Source of the DNA: Octopus vulgaris
Lineage: Eukaryota
Assembly: GCA_951406725.2 (NCBI GenBank)
Contig: OX597827.1
Coordinates: 71,920,001-71,984,000 of the forward strand
DNA length: 64,000 bases
Direction: 5' to 3'
Part shown: one piece after another, positions 1 to 14,115 of the stretch
Layout of the letters: the number at the start of each line of letters is the position of its first letter
How positions within the stretch are numbered: the stretch's first letter is position 1
Notes under the pieces: model-generated
What the model was told of the DNA's origin: nothing
The model's database searches: none
The model's input: only the letters and a program-made list of their open reading frames with translations
Program-made: the position numbers and the translations under genes

Positions 1-1798
1 ATTTTTAGTTGAGTGAATTGCCCCCACCCCTACCCGCTCCCAGTATTTATTTTTTAAAGCCAGATACTAAATCTGTTGGTCTCTTTTTGCTGAACCACTA
101 AGTTTCAGGGATGTAAACACACCAACACCGGTTGTCAAGTGGTGGTAGGGGACAGACACAAAGACTCACAGACACATACACACACATGACAGGCTTCTTT
201 CAGTTTCCATCTACGAAATCCATTCACAAGGCTTCGGTTGGCCTAAAGTTATAGCAGAAGACACTCGTCCATGGTGCCACATGGGGAGACTGAACCCAGA
301 GCCATGTGGTTGGGAGGCAAGCTTCTTATCACACAGCCTTGCCCGCACCTCCTCCATTATTTTTAAAACTAATTGAAAGCAAAGCAGAGTATTTCGACAA
401 ATATGGTAACAAAAGGGGTTAAAAGTAGTGAGCATCACAGAAAGAGGGTAAGAAGGCGTGGAGGCATAAAAGACATGCAAACAGTAAAAGCTAAAAGCTC
501 AGCAAAGCACAAGAAATCATGGAGAACATTTCTTTTTACAAGACAAAAACTGATACACATATACATATAACAACATAACAATTCTGTTTAAATTTTGATA
601 TAAGGCCAAAAATTTTAGGGTAGGGAGACAAGTCAATTATATTGACCACCACCCCAGCTCTCAGGTAGTTTGTATTTTATCAAGTCCAAAAGGATGAACG
701 ATAAAGGCAACCTTGGTGGAATTTGAACTCAGAATTTTAAAAATAGCTAGGAGAATGCTGCTAATCATTTTGTCTGGTTTGCTAATAATTTTGGCAGTTT
801 GCCACATTATATAATATAACATAATATAATATAATATAGTACTGGACCTCTTATCTGGCTTCTAGAAATCTCAGAACACTGAGTAATATCATACAAGTTA
901 CTGTACCCTGTAAGGTGTAGAGCTGGCAAAATCATTTGTATGCAGGGCAAAATGTTGCATCCATCTTTCTAAGTTCAAATTTGGCTGAGGTTGACTTTGC
1001 CTTTCATCCTTTCAGGGTTGATAAAATAAGTACCAGTTGATAAGCACCATTCATGCTTGGGTCATTGCCAGTGCCACCTGACTGGCTCCCCATGCTGGTA
1101 GCACATAAAAAGCACCATCGGAACGTTGCCGATGCCAGTATCACCTGACTTGCTCCTGTGCCAGTGGCATATAAAAAGCACCCACTACACTCTCGGAGTG
1201 GTTGGTGTTAGGAAGGGCATCCAGCTGTAGAAACATTGCCAGGTCAGATTGAAGCCTGGTGCAGCCTCCTGGCTTGCCAGTCCCCAGTCAAACTGTCCAA
1301 CCCATGCCAGCATGGAAAACGGACATTAAACGATGATGATAATGATGATGATGAGTACAGGTGGGGATGGGGACGATGTAATCAACTAACCCCTTCCTCT
1401 GAAAGCGTTGGCCTTGTGCCAAAATTAGAAACCAATATTACTGTACCCTGTATTGAGTAAACAGACCCTGTTTCTGAAAATGGTTAATTTGCATATGATG
1501 CGTTAAAAATAGTTTGTTCTTTACTATTTCAAGTGGATCAATAAAGATTAAATACACTCTGCTTAACAAGTGTATTAATTTGTTCACGAATCTATTAAAT
1601 AAAATCATGTTCTTTACTCTTTTCTTTATTTAATTTTCCATCTTATAAACATTATACTACATGTGTGTGGTGCAGTATGATATATTTATTTTAAGAATTT
1701 GAAGTGGATTAATAAATATCGAGCAGACTCTGCTTCAGAAATGTTATTAATTTGAATCTGTTAAATACAATTTAGCTCTATTTTTCCTAGTTTATTTT

Positions 1799-2063
1799 AT
1801 CATCATCATTTAGCGTCCGTTTTCCATGCGAGCATGGGTTGGACGGTTCAACTGGGGTCTGTGAAGCCAGAAGGCTGCATCAGGCCCAGTCTGATCTGGC
1901 AGTGTTTCTACGGCTGGATGCCCTTCCTAACGCCAACCACTCTGCGAGTGTAGTGGGTGCTTTTTACGTGCCACCCGCACAGGAGCCAGACGGAGCTGGC
2001 AAACGGCCACGAACGGATGGTGCTTTTACGTGCCACCGGCACGGGGGCCAGGCGAGGCTGGCA
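1799..2063 (-). mobile_element. RTE 3'-end fragment (others ~1050-1350, 11515-11940, 12120-12290, 16595-16915, 25060-25270, 51090-51300, 53400-53540)
   Basis: Same 3' UTR core and (GAT)n/(CAT)n tail as the element at 25305-26797. Confidence 0.75.
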
Positions 2064-2652
2064 ATTTATATTTTAAGTAAATATTTAGACTGTCTCCCGA
2101 AAACCAGAAAAACCAAGAAATCTGGGACACTTAAGGTCTCGGGTTTGCAGGTTAATTGTTCCAGTACTGTAATATAATATGATATAATATAATCCTTTTT
2201 GCTAGAAGCACAAGGCTTGAAATTTTTAAGGGGAGGGGTCGAGTCGATTACATTGACATCAGCTCTCAAGCGGTTCTTGTTTCATTGACCCCCGGAAGGA
2301 TAAACAGCAAAGTCAGCCTCGGTGGAATTTGAACTCAGAACACAAAGACAGACTGCTAAGCATTTTGTTGAATGTGCTATCAATTCTGCCACCTCCCTGC
2401 CTTAACAACAACAACAACAACAATAATAATAATGGTTTCAAATTTTGCCTCAAAGGCAGTAACTTTTATCGGGAGAGGATGAGTCGATTACATCAACCCC
2501 AGTGTTCAACTGGTATTTATTTTATTGACCCTGAAAGGATGAAAGGCAAAGTTGACCTCAGCGGAATTTGAACTCAGAACATAGTGGCAAACGAAATACC
2601 GCTAAGCATTTTGCCCAGCATGCTAACAATTCTACAAGCTCACCACCTTAGT

Positions 2653-3503
<851 letters not shown>

Positions 3504-3505
3504 AA

Positions 3506-3685
3506 TGTCCAGTAAAACTGTTAGAAAAGGTTTGCCTCCTTGACACAGCCAGAATAATCAGGAAAGTATTAAAGAATGGATAGCATGGTACCGTAGGCTA
3601 CAGGCAGCAAGCCTGTTACACATGCAAGACATCAGGGGTTGCAACAAAACTTGAATTAACAGGGAAAAATAATAATAATAATGAT
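3506..3685 (+). mobile_element. R4/Dong-like retrotransposon 3' end in (TAA)n
   Basis: Encodes LEKVCLLDTARIIRKVL (compare QKA.LLGTARILRKVL), has a (TAA)n tail and abuts an (AAT)n array. Confidence 0.6.
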
Positions 3686-3731
3686 AAAAGAAAAATGAAA
3701 AGAACAAAATGTTATTTGCAACCAAACTTAC

Positions 3732-3810
3732 TTTGGAATTTTTTGAAGAAGAATACAAGGACTGGAAGAAAGGCTTGTTTTTGACTTTTTTCGATGGAGA
3801 CATCTGGAGT
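3732..3810 (-). CDS. ARHGAP11A: RhoGAP exon 9 (LQMSPSKKVKNKPFFQSLYSSSKNSK); gene continues past the window start
   Basis: Acceptor ccacag|A, donor AAA|gtaagt, 79 nt, phase 2->0. Confidence 0.78.
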
Positions 3811-4101
3811 CTGTGGTAGGAAGAAGGAGAATAGTAAAAAGAACAATAACAACCACAAGCTGAACCGATTTCCTTCAACTAAACACAAAAGTAGTGAGTG
3901 GCATGGAATGAGCATCTAAGAGTTGAAATTACATAAATCATCATCATCATCATCATCATCACCATCATCATCACCATTAGCACCAGCAGCAGCTTAATGA
4001 TCACACTTTCTATTCTGGTATCAGTTGGACAAGTCTTCTTGAAATAGTGTTCTATGGTTGGGTGCCCTTTTATTATGCCAACCAACCCTTACTTGTTCCC
4101 A

Positions 4102-4176
<75 letters not shown>

Positions 4177-4288
4177 CGTGTGTAGGGAGAGAAGAGAGAG
4201 AGAGAGAGAAAGAGAGAGAGAGGGAAAGAAAGAGATGGATAGATAGAGAGATAAATTATATGTATAAACATATATATAATATATGATA

Positions 4289-4340
<52 letters not shown>

Positions 4341-4431
4341 CACACATACATACATATATATATGTATTTTAGGTAGGTGTTAAATAACCACTTGTACATA
4401 TATGTATACATAGAGGCATATATATAGATAT

Positions 4432-4472
<41 letters not shown>

Positions 4473-4609
4473 TACATATATATGTGTTCCTATATATATA
4501 TATATATAAATCAGAAATGGAAATCAAAACGATAAATTGAACAATTAAATAATTTAGTCATTAAATGATAAATTCAGTTTTATTATTTTATATAAACAAA
4601 TGACACATC

Positions 4610-4706
4610 TTATAAATTACAGCTGTTTCAACTCCATTAATAAAAAAAAGTTTTTCAAGAATAATAAAATATCGTTTAAATTTAATGAGATTTCATCAGA
4701 TGGACA
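4610..4706 (-). ncRNA. Hammerhead-like motif with long stem II
   Basis: Minus strand CTGATGA-aatctcatta...taatggagtt-GAAA-cagctg-TA; palindromic stem III, weak stem I. Confidence 0.45.
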
Positions 4707-6757
4707 TATCTTCTTAAATATCTCATGAAAAATAGCAATAATGCTATTTTTCATGAGATATTTAAGAAAATATGTCTATCTAATGGAATCTCAGTTCTAT
4801 CATCATCATCATCATCATCATCATCGTTTAACATCCATTTTCCATGCTAGCATAGGTTGGACTGTTCAACTGGGGTCTGGGAAATTATATTTATATATTG
4901 ATAAACTGTATGTTTATTCTGTTTATTTACCTGTTTGTTAAGATCAATAGGTCATAACATTGTTATTGATACAAGTAAAAAAAAAAACCAATAAATTCTT
5001 CAGATATTTAATATTCCTTAGGTGGTTATTTAACACCTACCTAAAATATATATATATATATATATGTATGTATGTGTGAGTGTATATATATACACACACA
5101 CACACATATCATATATATTATATATATGTTTTGCAAGTGCTACCAGTTGAAAACTCTGCACACTGGATACCAGCATGTTTATAGGGTTGTCAGGAGAGAA
5201 CGTACACCATTTTAGGGCCTATCTCTCAACAGTATCATTGTGCACCAGCCCCTGCCCCTCACTGAAATGAGGCCCCACCTGCTAGATCAACTGGTTATTA
5301 GGTTTTGCTTAATATTATAGCAATTATTGATCATCTCTTTTTAACCAAGTCCATATATATTTCTTTCAAATATATTATGTTAAAGAAACAACTGTGTTCA
5401 AGTTTGACCCTTTTTATAAAAGATCTTCCCTATTTCCTTACGTGACCCTTTTGTTTAGTTTGGTACTGAGTCCTTCTGGACCCTCACTACTCTCATCAAC
5501 TTCTCTCATGTTCCCTTCCCCTCACACCTTCCAACCATTCTTGACCATTTGGAACAGCCCTTAATCTTCCGACAACAGCCTACCTCATCACCCTTACCAC
5601 TGTCCCTCCCTTTTTCACTAATCCCATCCCTTTTTCTCCGTCCCTTTCATACTTCCTCTCCCATTGCTGTCCACCCTGTTATGTTCTCTATTAACACCAA
5701 TGCTGGAATAACCAATAATCAAATCAGGCTTGTGCTTTGGTTATCAAGAGAAACGGAATACCACAGAAATGGTAACTATTTTATAGCAGAAATGAAATCA
5801 CTTTAACCCTTTAGCATTCAGATTACTCTGTAAAATATGCTTATTTATTTATTCACATGTGGAGGCGCAATGACCCAATGGTTAGGGCAGCGGACTCGCG
5901 GTTTCAATTTCCAGACTAAGCATTGTGAGTGTTTATTGAGCGATAACACCTAAAGCTCCACGAGGCTCCAGCAGGGGTGGTGGTGAATCCTGCTGTACTC
6001 TTTCAACACAACTTTCTCTCACTCTTTCTTCCTGTTTCTGTTGTACATGTATATCAAAGGGCCAGCCTTGTCACACTATGAGTCACACTGAATCTACCCA
6101 AGAAATACGTTAAGGGTACACATATCTGTTGAGTGCTCAGCCACTTGCATGTTAATAAATGAGCTGCGACGTCACTGGTGCCAAGTTGTATCATCCTTTG
6201 CCTTTCCCTTGGATAACATCGGTCGCATGGAGAGGGAAGGTTGCTATACATAGGTGACTGCTGGTCTTCCATAAACAACCTTGCCCAGACTTGTGCCTCG
6301 GAGAGTAACTTTCTAGGTGCAATCTCATAGTCATTCATGACCGAAGGAGGTCACAATTTATTCACATAGTCTCATATCTTCGAGGTTTTATTGATACGAT
6401 TGCCTATTTTCAGAATGATATTGTAGGGTAGGTGAGCAAGGCTGGATCTGGTTAGTTTAAACATAAGATAGACAGAATATCTGTGCCGGATATATATATA
6501 TTTTAGGTAGGTGTTAAATAACCACCTAAGGAATATTAAATATCCGAAGAATTTATTGGGTTTTTTTTTTTACCTGTATCAATAACAATGTTATGAACTA
6601 TTGATCTTAACAAACAGGTAAATGAACAGAATAAACATACAGTTTATCAATATATAATATATCAGAGAAAATATTTGTGCCGGATATGACCAGTTTAAAT
6701 GTTAAAGGGTTTAACTTGCTAAAATAATATTCGGGATGCTTTATCCCTACTAAGCAT

Positions 6758-7145
6758 TGGGGAAGCACTCCGTCGGTTACGACGACGAGGGTTCCGGTTG
6801 ATCCGAATCAACGAAACAGCCTGCTCGTGAAATTAACGTGTAAGTGGCTGAGCACTCCACAGACACGTGTACCCTTAACGTAGTTCTCGGGGATATTCAG
6901 CGTGACACAGAGAGTGACAAGGCCAGCCCTTTGAAATACAGGTACAACAGAAACAGGAAGTAAGAGTGAGAGAAAGTTGTGGTGAAAGAGTACAGCAGGG
7001 ATCACCACCATCCCCTGCTGGAGCCTCGTGGAGCCTTAGGTGTTTTCGCTCAATAAACACTCACAACGCCCGGTCTGGGAATCGAAACCGCGATCCTATG
7101 ACCGCGAGTCCGCTGCCCTAACCACTGGGTCATTGCGCCTCCACT
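6758..7145 (-). mobile_element. SINE family C, full-length young copy; relatives ~5859-6090, 23209-23455, 28250-28560, 30217-30475
   Basis: tRNA-like head gtggaggcgcaatgacccagtggttagggc...ggtttcgattccc; 12-bp TSD cctactaagcat (6746-6757 and 7146-7157). Confidence 0.85.
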
Positions 7146-7366
7146 CCTACTAAGCATAGAAGCAGATGTGTTATGGTAAGATTTATTTTAAGGATCTGAT
7201 CAAAGACTTTTAATCTGCAATTAAAAAATGCAGGAAGAAACAAATATAAAATAGAAGCAGACAAAACTAAGGTTATTTTACATTTTACTGTTACTTTTGT
7301 TTCATTTTGAAAAATATAAATTTAGTTTGTGTTTTTTTATTGTTTATATTTTGAATTATATAAGTA

Positions 7367-7865
7367 CTAGCAGTATCACCTGGCGTTGCTCGGGTTTGTA
7401 AGGGAAATAACTATATAAGCATTTTTAGAGAGTTATAGCCAAAAAGTAGCAAAAAAATGCATTAAAAATGGAAAAAAAATTATGGTAATTTTTTTTTAAA
7501 TCGTTGACACTTCGTAGACATTTTTAGAGAGTTACTTCTCTTATATAATAGCGAAAAAATGCATTAAAAATGGAAAAAAATTATGGTAAATTTTTTTTTA
7601 AATCGTTGACTCTTCGTAGACATTTTTAGAGAGTTACTTCCCTTATATAATAGCGAAAAAATGCATTAAAATGGAAAAAATGATGGTAAATTATTTTTTA
7701 AAATCGTAGACTCATCGTAGACGCGCGCTAATACCCAGAAGGGCTCGATATGAATCACGACTATAAGATACCCGCTTTTGGTTACACTGCACCACAAAAT
7801 GTGGGAGTAGTTAGGAATCTAAATCGTAGGAGACAGACACACAACTTCACTTTTATATATAAAGA
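7367..7865 (-). mobile_element. Non-autonomous Helitron
   Basis: On the minus strand: 5' TC, subterminal GC hairpin, 3' CTAG, inserted between A and T; internal ~100-bp tandem repeats. Confidence 0.8.
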
Positions 7866-8426
7866 TATCTGTATGGAGGCACCAAAATCTTTAAATGCTT
7901 AGGGCCTCTATGGGTCTTAATCCAGCCCTGACTAACACCCTCTTATGACTGTAAGTCTGTTCCTCTCATCATACTTTACCCTTTCTCATCATCCTATCCA
8001 GATTCATCACAACCCTTCTCCTATTCTCCTGCAATTATAAGGGTCCCCTATCAGCCCTTTACTCTTGAAAGTTGCAAAGTGATCTCAGTAATGCTGGTGC
8101 CATAGATAAAATATCCAAGACACTCTCTAAGGTGATTAGTATCAAGAAGAACATCCAGCAATAGAAACTATGCTGAAGCAGACTTCGGAGCATGATGTGG
8201 CCCTCCAGTTCATCAGATCCTGTCAAATTGTGCAAAAATTGATGATGATGATGTGTGTGTGTCTATACATCTATACATGCATGTGTGGGCAGGGACAGAA
8301 TACACCAGGCTTAAAAAGTAAGTAGCAGGATCGATTTGCTTCAACAGACCCTTCAAGGTGTTATCCCAGCAGGGCTGAGAGTCCAATGACTGAAACAAGT
8401 AGAAGATAGAAGATAAAAGAAAGTAC

Positions 8427-8472
8427 CTATCTGTTGGGTCAAGTGATCTGGACCTTCGAGTGGCAGGTTTTG
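8427..8472 (-). CDS. ARHGAP11A: RhoGAP exon 8 (AKPATRRSRSLDPTDR)
   Basis: Acceptor ttttttttcag|CA, donor AG|gtactt, 46 nt, phase 1->2. Confidence 0.75.
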
Positions 8473-9307
8473 CTGAAAAAAAATCAGAGAACAAGGAAAT
8501 ATAAGGGTCAGATTCAAGTACTATTACATTAAGATAGGAGATCATTCATATATGTGTGTGTGTATATATATGCTTACATATATATATATATTTTACATAC
8601 AAAATTTAAAGGAGATTAGAATATTTTTTACATGTAAAAAATATTTTAATCTTCGGATTTTTTTAATATGCTAGGCCACTGGTTTTAATTGATTAATATC
8701 AATTTCTACCCTTATTCAATTTTACATATATATCTCTCTCTCTCTCTCTCTTTTACTCTTTTACTTGTTTCAGTCATTTGACTGCGGCCATGCTGGAGCA
8801 CTGCCTTTAGTCGAGCAAATCGACCCCGGGACTTATTCTTTGCAAGCCCAGTACTTATTCTATCGGTTTCTTTTGCCGAACCGCTAAGTGACAGGGACGT
8901 AAACACACCAGCATCGGTTGTCAAGCAATGCTAGGGGGACAAGCAAACACAGACACACAAACACACACATACATATATATATATATATACGAGAGGCTTC
9001 TTTCAGTTTCCGTCTACCAAATCCACTCACAAGGCATTGGTCGGCCCGGGGCTATAGCAGAAGACATTTGCCCAAGATGCCATGCAGTGGGACTGAACCC
9101 GGAACCATGTGGTTGGTTAGCAAGCTACTTACCACACAGCCACTCCTGATATATATATATATATATCAGGAAAAAGGCAAGGTACAAAATGCTAAAATAA
9201 TTTTATAATAAAAAACATTTTAGTACCATGTATACACACACATATGTATGTGTGTATGTGTGTGTGTGTGTGTATTATATATATGTGTGTGTGTATATAT
9301 ATGTATA

Positions 9308-9365
<58 letters not shown>

Positions 9366-9368
<3 letters not shown>

Positions 9369-10433
9369 TCATCATCATCATCATTTAACGTCCGCTTTCC
9401 ATGCTAACATGGGTTGGACGGTTCAACTGGGGTCTGGGGAGCCCGAAAGCTGCACCAGTCCAGTCAGATCTGGCAGTGTTTCTACAGCTAGATGCCCTTC
9501 CTAACGCCAACCACTCCGAGAGTGTAGTGGGTGATTTTATGTGCCACCGACACAGGTGCCAGACGAGGCTGGCAAACGGCCACGCTCGGATGGTGTTTTT
9601 TGTGTGCCACCGACACAGGTGCCAGACGAGGCTGGCAGACGGCCACGCTCGGATGGTGTATTTATGTGCCACCGACACAGGTGCCAGATGAGGCTGGCAA
9701 ACGGCCACGATCGGATGGTGTTTGTTACGTGCCCACAGCACGGAGGTCAGTCGATGCGGTACTGGCTACGGCCACGTTCGGATGGTTTTCTTGTGTGCCA
9801 CGTGCCACCGGCACTGGTACCACAAAGATACAAATTCCATTGATGTTCATCTACTTTGATTTGTTTTGATTTTCACTTGCCTCAACAGGTCTTCACAAGT
9901 GTCACAAGAAGGAAGGTATGCACAGGTGGACTGACTACGTCCCAGGTAGGGGCCACAGGTTATGGCCTGACTAGTCTTGCCGGGTCTTCAGATGGTGTTT
10001 TTATGTGCCACCGACACAGGTGCCAGATGAGGCTGGCGAACGGCCACGATCGGATGGTGTTTGTTACGTGCCCACAGCACGGAGGCCAGTCGGTGCGGTA
10101 CTGGCTACGGCCACGTTCGGATGGTTTTCTTGTGTGCCACCGGCACTGGTACCACAAAGATACAATTCCATTAATGTTCATCTATTTTGATTTGTTTTGA
10201 TTTGATTTGATTTGATTTGTTTTGATTTCATTTTGATTTGATTTTCACTTGCCTCAACAGGCCTTCACAAGTATCACAAGGAGGAAGGTATGCACAGGTG
10301 GACTGACTACGTCCCAGGTAGGGGCCATGGGATATGGCCTGACTAGTCTTGCCGGGTCTTCGGATGGTGTTTTTATGTGCCACCGACACAGGTGCTAGAT
10401 GAGGCTGGCGAACGGCCACGATCGGATGGTGTT

Positions 10434-10435
<2 letters not shown>
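9366..10435 (-). mobile_element. RTE 3'-UTR copy with internal ~62-bp repeats and a tandem re-duplication
   Basis: (CAT)n tail, shared ggatgcccttcctaacgccaaccac core, and gtcttgccgggtcttc (complement of the RTE ORF end) present twice (~9975, ~10345). Confidence 0.8.
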
Positions 10436-10468
<33 letters not shown>

Positions 10469-10484
10469 ATGTATAAACAAATAT

Positions 10485-10685
10485 ACGAGAGGTTGCTGAA
10501 AAGTTCCTGGCTTTAAGGGTATTACATAAGGCCTGGTTGGAGGCCCAACCTTCTGAGTTCTTTTACATGGCTTAGAAAAACTGAAGGACCGCTGAGAGGG
10601 GAATATGGTGGATAAAATCATAATTAACCGATCCTCCTGTATTTTCTTTGACCCAAAGCCAGGAACTTTTCAGCACCCCTTCATA
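10485..10685. mobile_element. Tc1/mariner-type MITE; second copy ~16364-16584
   Basis: TIRs gctgaaaagttcctggcttt / aaagccaggaacttttcagc with TA flanks. Confidence 0.7.
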
Positions 10686-11417
10686 TGTATGTGTATATGT
10701 TTGTGTGTGTGTGTGTGTGTGTGACTTAATGTCTGTGTTAGTTCCCCACCACCACTTGACAACCAGTGTTGGTGTGTTTACATCTCTGCAACTTAGCAGT
10801 TCGACAAAAGAGTTCAATAGAATAAGTGCCAGGCTAAAAACACAAGTACTGGGGTTGATTACTTCAGCTAAAATTCTTCGAGGCAGTGCCCCGGCATGAC
10901 CATAGTCTAATGACTGAAACAAGAAAAAGATAAAAGCTAAAAGATGTGTCTGGAGAGAGTCATTTTCTTTTTGTGCCTTATAATGTAACACACTCATCGG
11001 TAAAATTTCCACTTATTTCTTATTTTCATTGTCCTAAAATTTTCGTTGCATCTTGCAACCTTTTCAATAGTCTTGACTGTCTGTTAGTTACACTGCATTC
11101 CTTTTTGTTTGTTTGTGTGCATGTGTGTGGGTCAGTGTGTGCAAGATGCAACGAAAATTTTAGGAAAATAAAAATAAGAAAAAAAGGGGAAATTTTACCG
11201 GTGAGTGTGTTACATTAAAAGGCACAAAAAGAAAATGACTCTCCCCAGACACAACAGAATATGCTTCAACACACAAACTCATATAAAGAATCTTGCAAAC
11301 CAAATCCAAAAACGAAAGATAGAAGATGTGTTCTATACCCTAATAAGGAGTGGAGGGATTGAATAAGAAATGTAAATAGCTGAGAAAGATAATTCATTTA
11401 AACTGAATGTTGCTTAC

Positions 11418-11479
11418 CTTTGACCTCTAAACGAGGAGTACTTGGAAGAAGCTGTTGGTCACCAAGTATTCTGGCTTTG
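11418..11479 (-). CDS. ARHGAP11A: RhoGAP exon 7 (RKARILGDQQLLPSTPRLEVK)
   Basis: Acceptor cttacag|C, donor G|gtaagc, 62 nt, phase 2->1, open frame. Confidence 0.8.
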
Positions 11480-13451
11480 CTGTAAGTTAAAACAAATAAT
11501 AATTTAATTATATTCATCATCATCATCATCATCATCATCATCGTCATTTAATGTCCACTTTCCATGCTACCATGGACGATTTGACCGAGGACTGGCAAAC
11601 CAGATGGCTGCACCAGGCTCCAATCTTGATTTGGCAGAGTTTCTACAGCTTGATGCCCTTCCTAACGCCAACCACTCCAAGAGTGTAGTTAGTGGGTGCT
11701 TTTACGTGCAAGTGGCACGAGGGCCAGTCAGGCAGTACTGGCAAAGGTCACGGAAAATCGTGGTTTTTTTTTTTTTTTACGTCACACCGGCACAAGTGCC
11801 AGTAAGGCGACGCTGGTAACGATCACGCTCGAATGGTGCTTTTTATGTGCCACCAGCACGAACGCCAGTTAGCTGCTCTAGCAACAATCACGCTCGGATG
11901 CTGCTCTTAGTGCTCCACTAGCACAGATGCCAGTCATCGAATTTAATTTCGCTTTCTCACAAAAATTTTTTTCAAAATTCTTGAAATGATTTTTGAGATG
12001 AATATCAGGTTATCTGCATACGCAAAGTTTGCACAGGCATTTGGTCCTTAACTCCTTGCTAATAGCTTTAAGGACCAAAGTAAAGAAGTGTGAGTTTAAC
12101 AGGCAACCAGAGGCTTATTCTTGCCAGTGGCACATAAAAGCATCTGTATCGGTGGCACATAAAAAGCACCCACTACACTCTTGGAGTGATTAATGTTAGG
12201 AAGGGCATCCAGCAATAGAAACCCAGTCAAATCAGACTGGAATTTGGTACAGCTCTCTGGTTTACCAGTTCCAGTCAAACCATCTAACCTAGTGGTTCTC
12301 CACTGGGGTCCATATGGCCCTTAAAGGTCCGTATAAGATTTTTGGCAGAAAAATATATAATCCTTATGAACTCACATGAGCCAGGGGGCTACCTGAACTC
12401 CAGAACAGAAGCCATGGTGAGTTGTCGACATTTTCAAAATTTTTAATTCAAAATTGGAAAACCTAGCTATCAAGCGAAGTAAGACAACTCGCCTGGCCAT
12501 AAATTTTTCAGAGGGAAATTTCTTCGACACCAGTATGCAACAGGTATTAATTTATCGACCCCAAAAAGATGAAAGGCAAAGTTGACCTTGGTGAAATTTG
12601 AACTCAGAATGTAAAGACAGACAAAATACCACTAAGCATTTCACCTAGCATGCTAACGTTTCTGCCAGCTCGCCACCCTTACAAGATATTCTTTCCTACT
12701 CTAGGCACAAAGCCCTAAATTTGGGGGTAGGGAGCCAGTTGATTAGATCGACCCCGGTACAAAACTGGTACTTAATTTATTGATCCCAAAAGGATGAAAG
12801 GCAAAGTCGACCTCAGCAGAATCTGAACTCAGAACGTAAAGACAGACGAAACACCGCTACGCATTTCACCCGGCTCACTGCCTTATTAATGGTTAATATT
12901 CTTTTCTACTCTAGGAACAAGGCCCGAAATATCTGGAGTGATATATATATATGTATATATAGGAATAAAAATTTATATATAAAGAACGTGAAATACACGA
13001 AGGGACGAACACGGAAAACAGACAAGTCATTCGAAGCCTTCAATCTTCAGTCAGAAACCGAATCATCATGGCAAATTTCGGCTGTTTAATTCTGATATTT
13101 GCTCCAACTCGGCCAGCCCCAAGGAAAAAACTAAGCTGTGGGCATTAGATTTCTTGGTAGAAGGAAAGAATGTAAACGCAACAGAGACGAATATAAATAC
13201 AAGAAACGAAAACAAAATTGAAAACAGTAATGGTTAAAAACAGGATAACAACAGGTGTCTTGCGACTTTTAGACAAAATGAGACAAAAACAACTTATCAG
13301 CAAGCGTGGAAACAATTACCTTTTCGGCAGAGGGGACACATGTTGAGCGGGCCGCAATCGCCAACGGAATGGCTTGTATATATGTTCATATATACACACA
13401 GATATATAAATGAACTGAGAAAATAAGAAAATAATTTTTGAGAGGAATTAC

Positions 13452-13659
13452 CGCTTTGATGTTGACAGGCCTGAATCAGTGATGACAGAAGATGATTTTC
13501 GTTTGCCCAAAATAACAGGAGTTGAAGGTTCCTTTGGTTCAGTTTTAACAATCTGCTGCTGATCAACAGCATCTAGAAATTCGTCAGAAGAACTTGAGGA
13601 AATACCATTTCCATTCTGACGCCAACGTGTGACCCGGTTTGCAATATTGCTCATAAAAT
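13452..13659 (-). CDS. ARHGAP11A: RhoGAP exon 6 (DFMSNIANRV...LGKRKSS...STSKR)
   Basis: Acceptor tttgacag|AT, donor CG|gtaatt, 208 nt, phase 1->2. DFMS resembles ARHGAP11A DFVS. Confidence 0.88.
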
Positions 13660-14068
13660 CTGTCAAAGAAACAAAGAAAGTAGCTAGACATGACTCCACA
13701 GAAATTGCTTCTTCCAATTTATGCCTGCCAAATTCACTTACGAGGCATTGGGTCATAAGGCTGGGGATATGTTAGAAGGCATTTGCTCAAAGTACTGTGC
13801 AGTAGGACTGAACCTGAAACAACATGATTGCAAAGCGAGCTTCTTAAACACCCAACCATGTTTGCCACATGGTTCAGAAGCAAACTTCATATATATATAT
13901 ATATATACACACACATGCATACATACATATATACACATACATACATGTATATATATGCACACACACATATATACATAGATACACACACATATGTATATAC
14001 ATATATATATATATACATATATACATATATATGTGTGTGTTTATGTATATATATACATATACACATAC

Positions 14069-14115
<47 letters not shown>

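Noticed and set aside
373-570. Lys/Arg-rich ORF
   Set aside because: Purine-rich low-complexity sequence, antisense within an intron, with no splice support.
7060-7145. tRNA gene
   Set aside because: The tRNA-like head is followed by a SINE body, has TSDs and multiple copies; no complete cloverleaf was supported. The same applies to the other SINE heads.
13030-13090. Hammerhead-like ctgaaga...gaa on the minus strand (also ctgagga at ~14230)
   Set aside because: No GAAA plus stem III plus NUH arrangement could be built.
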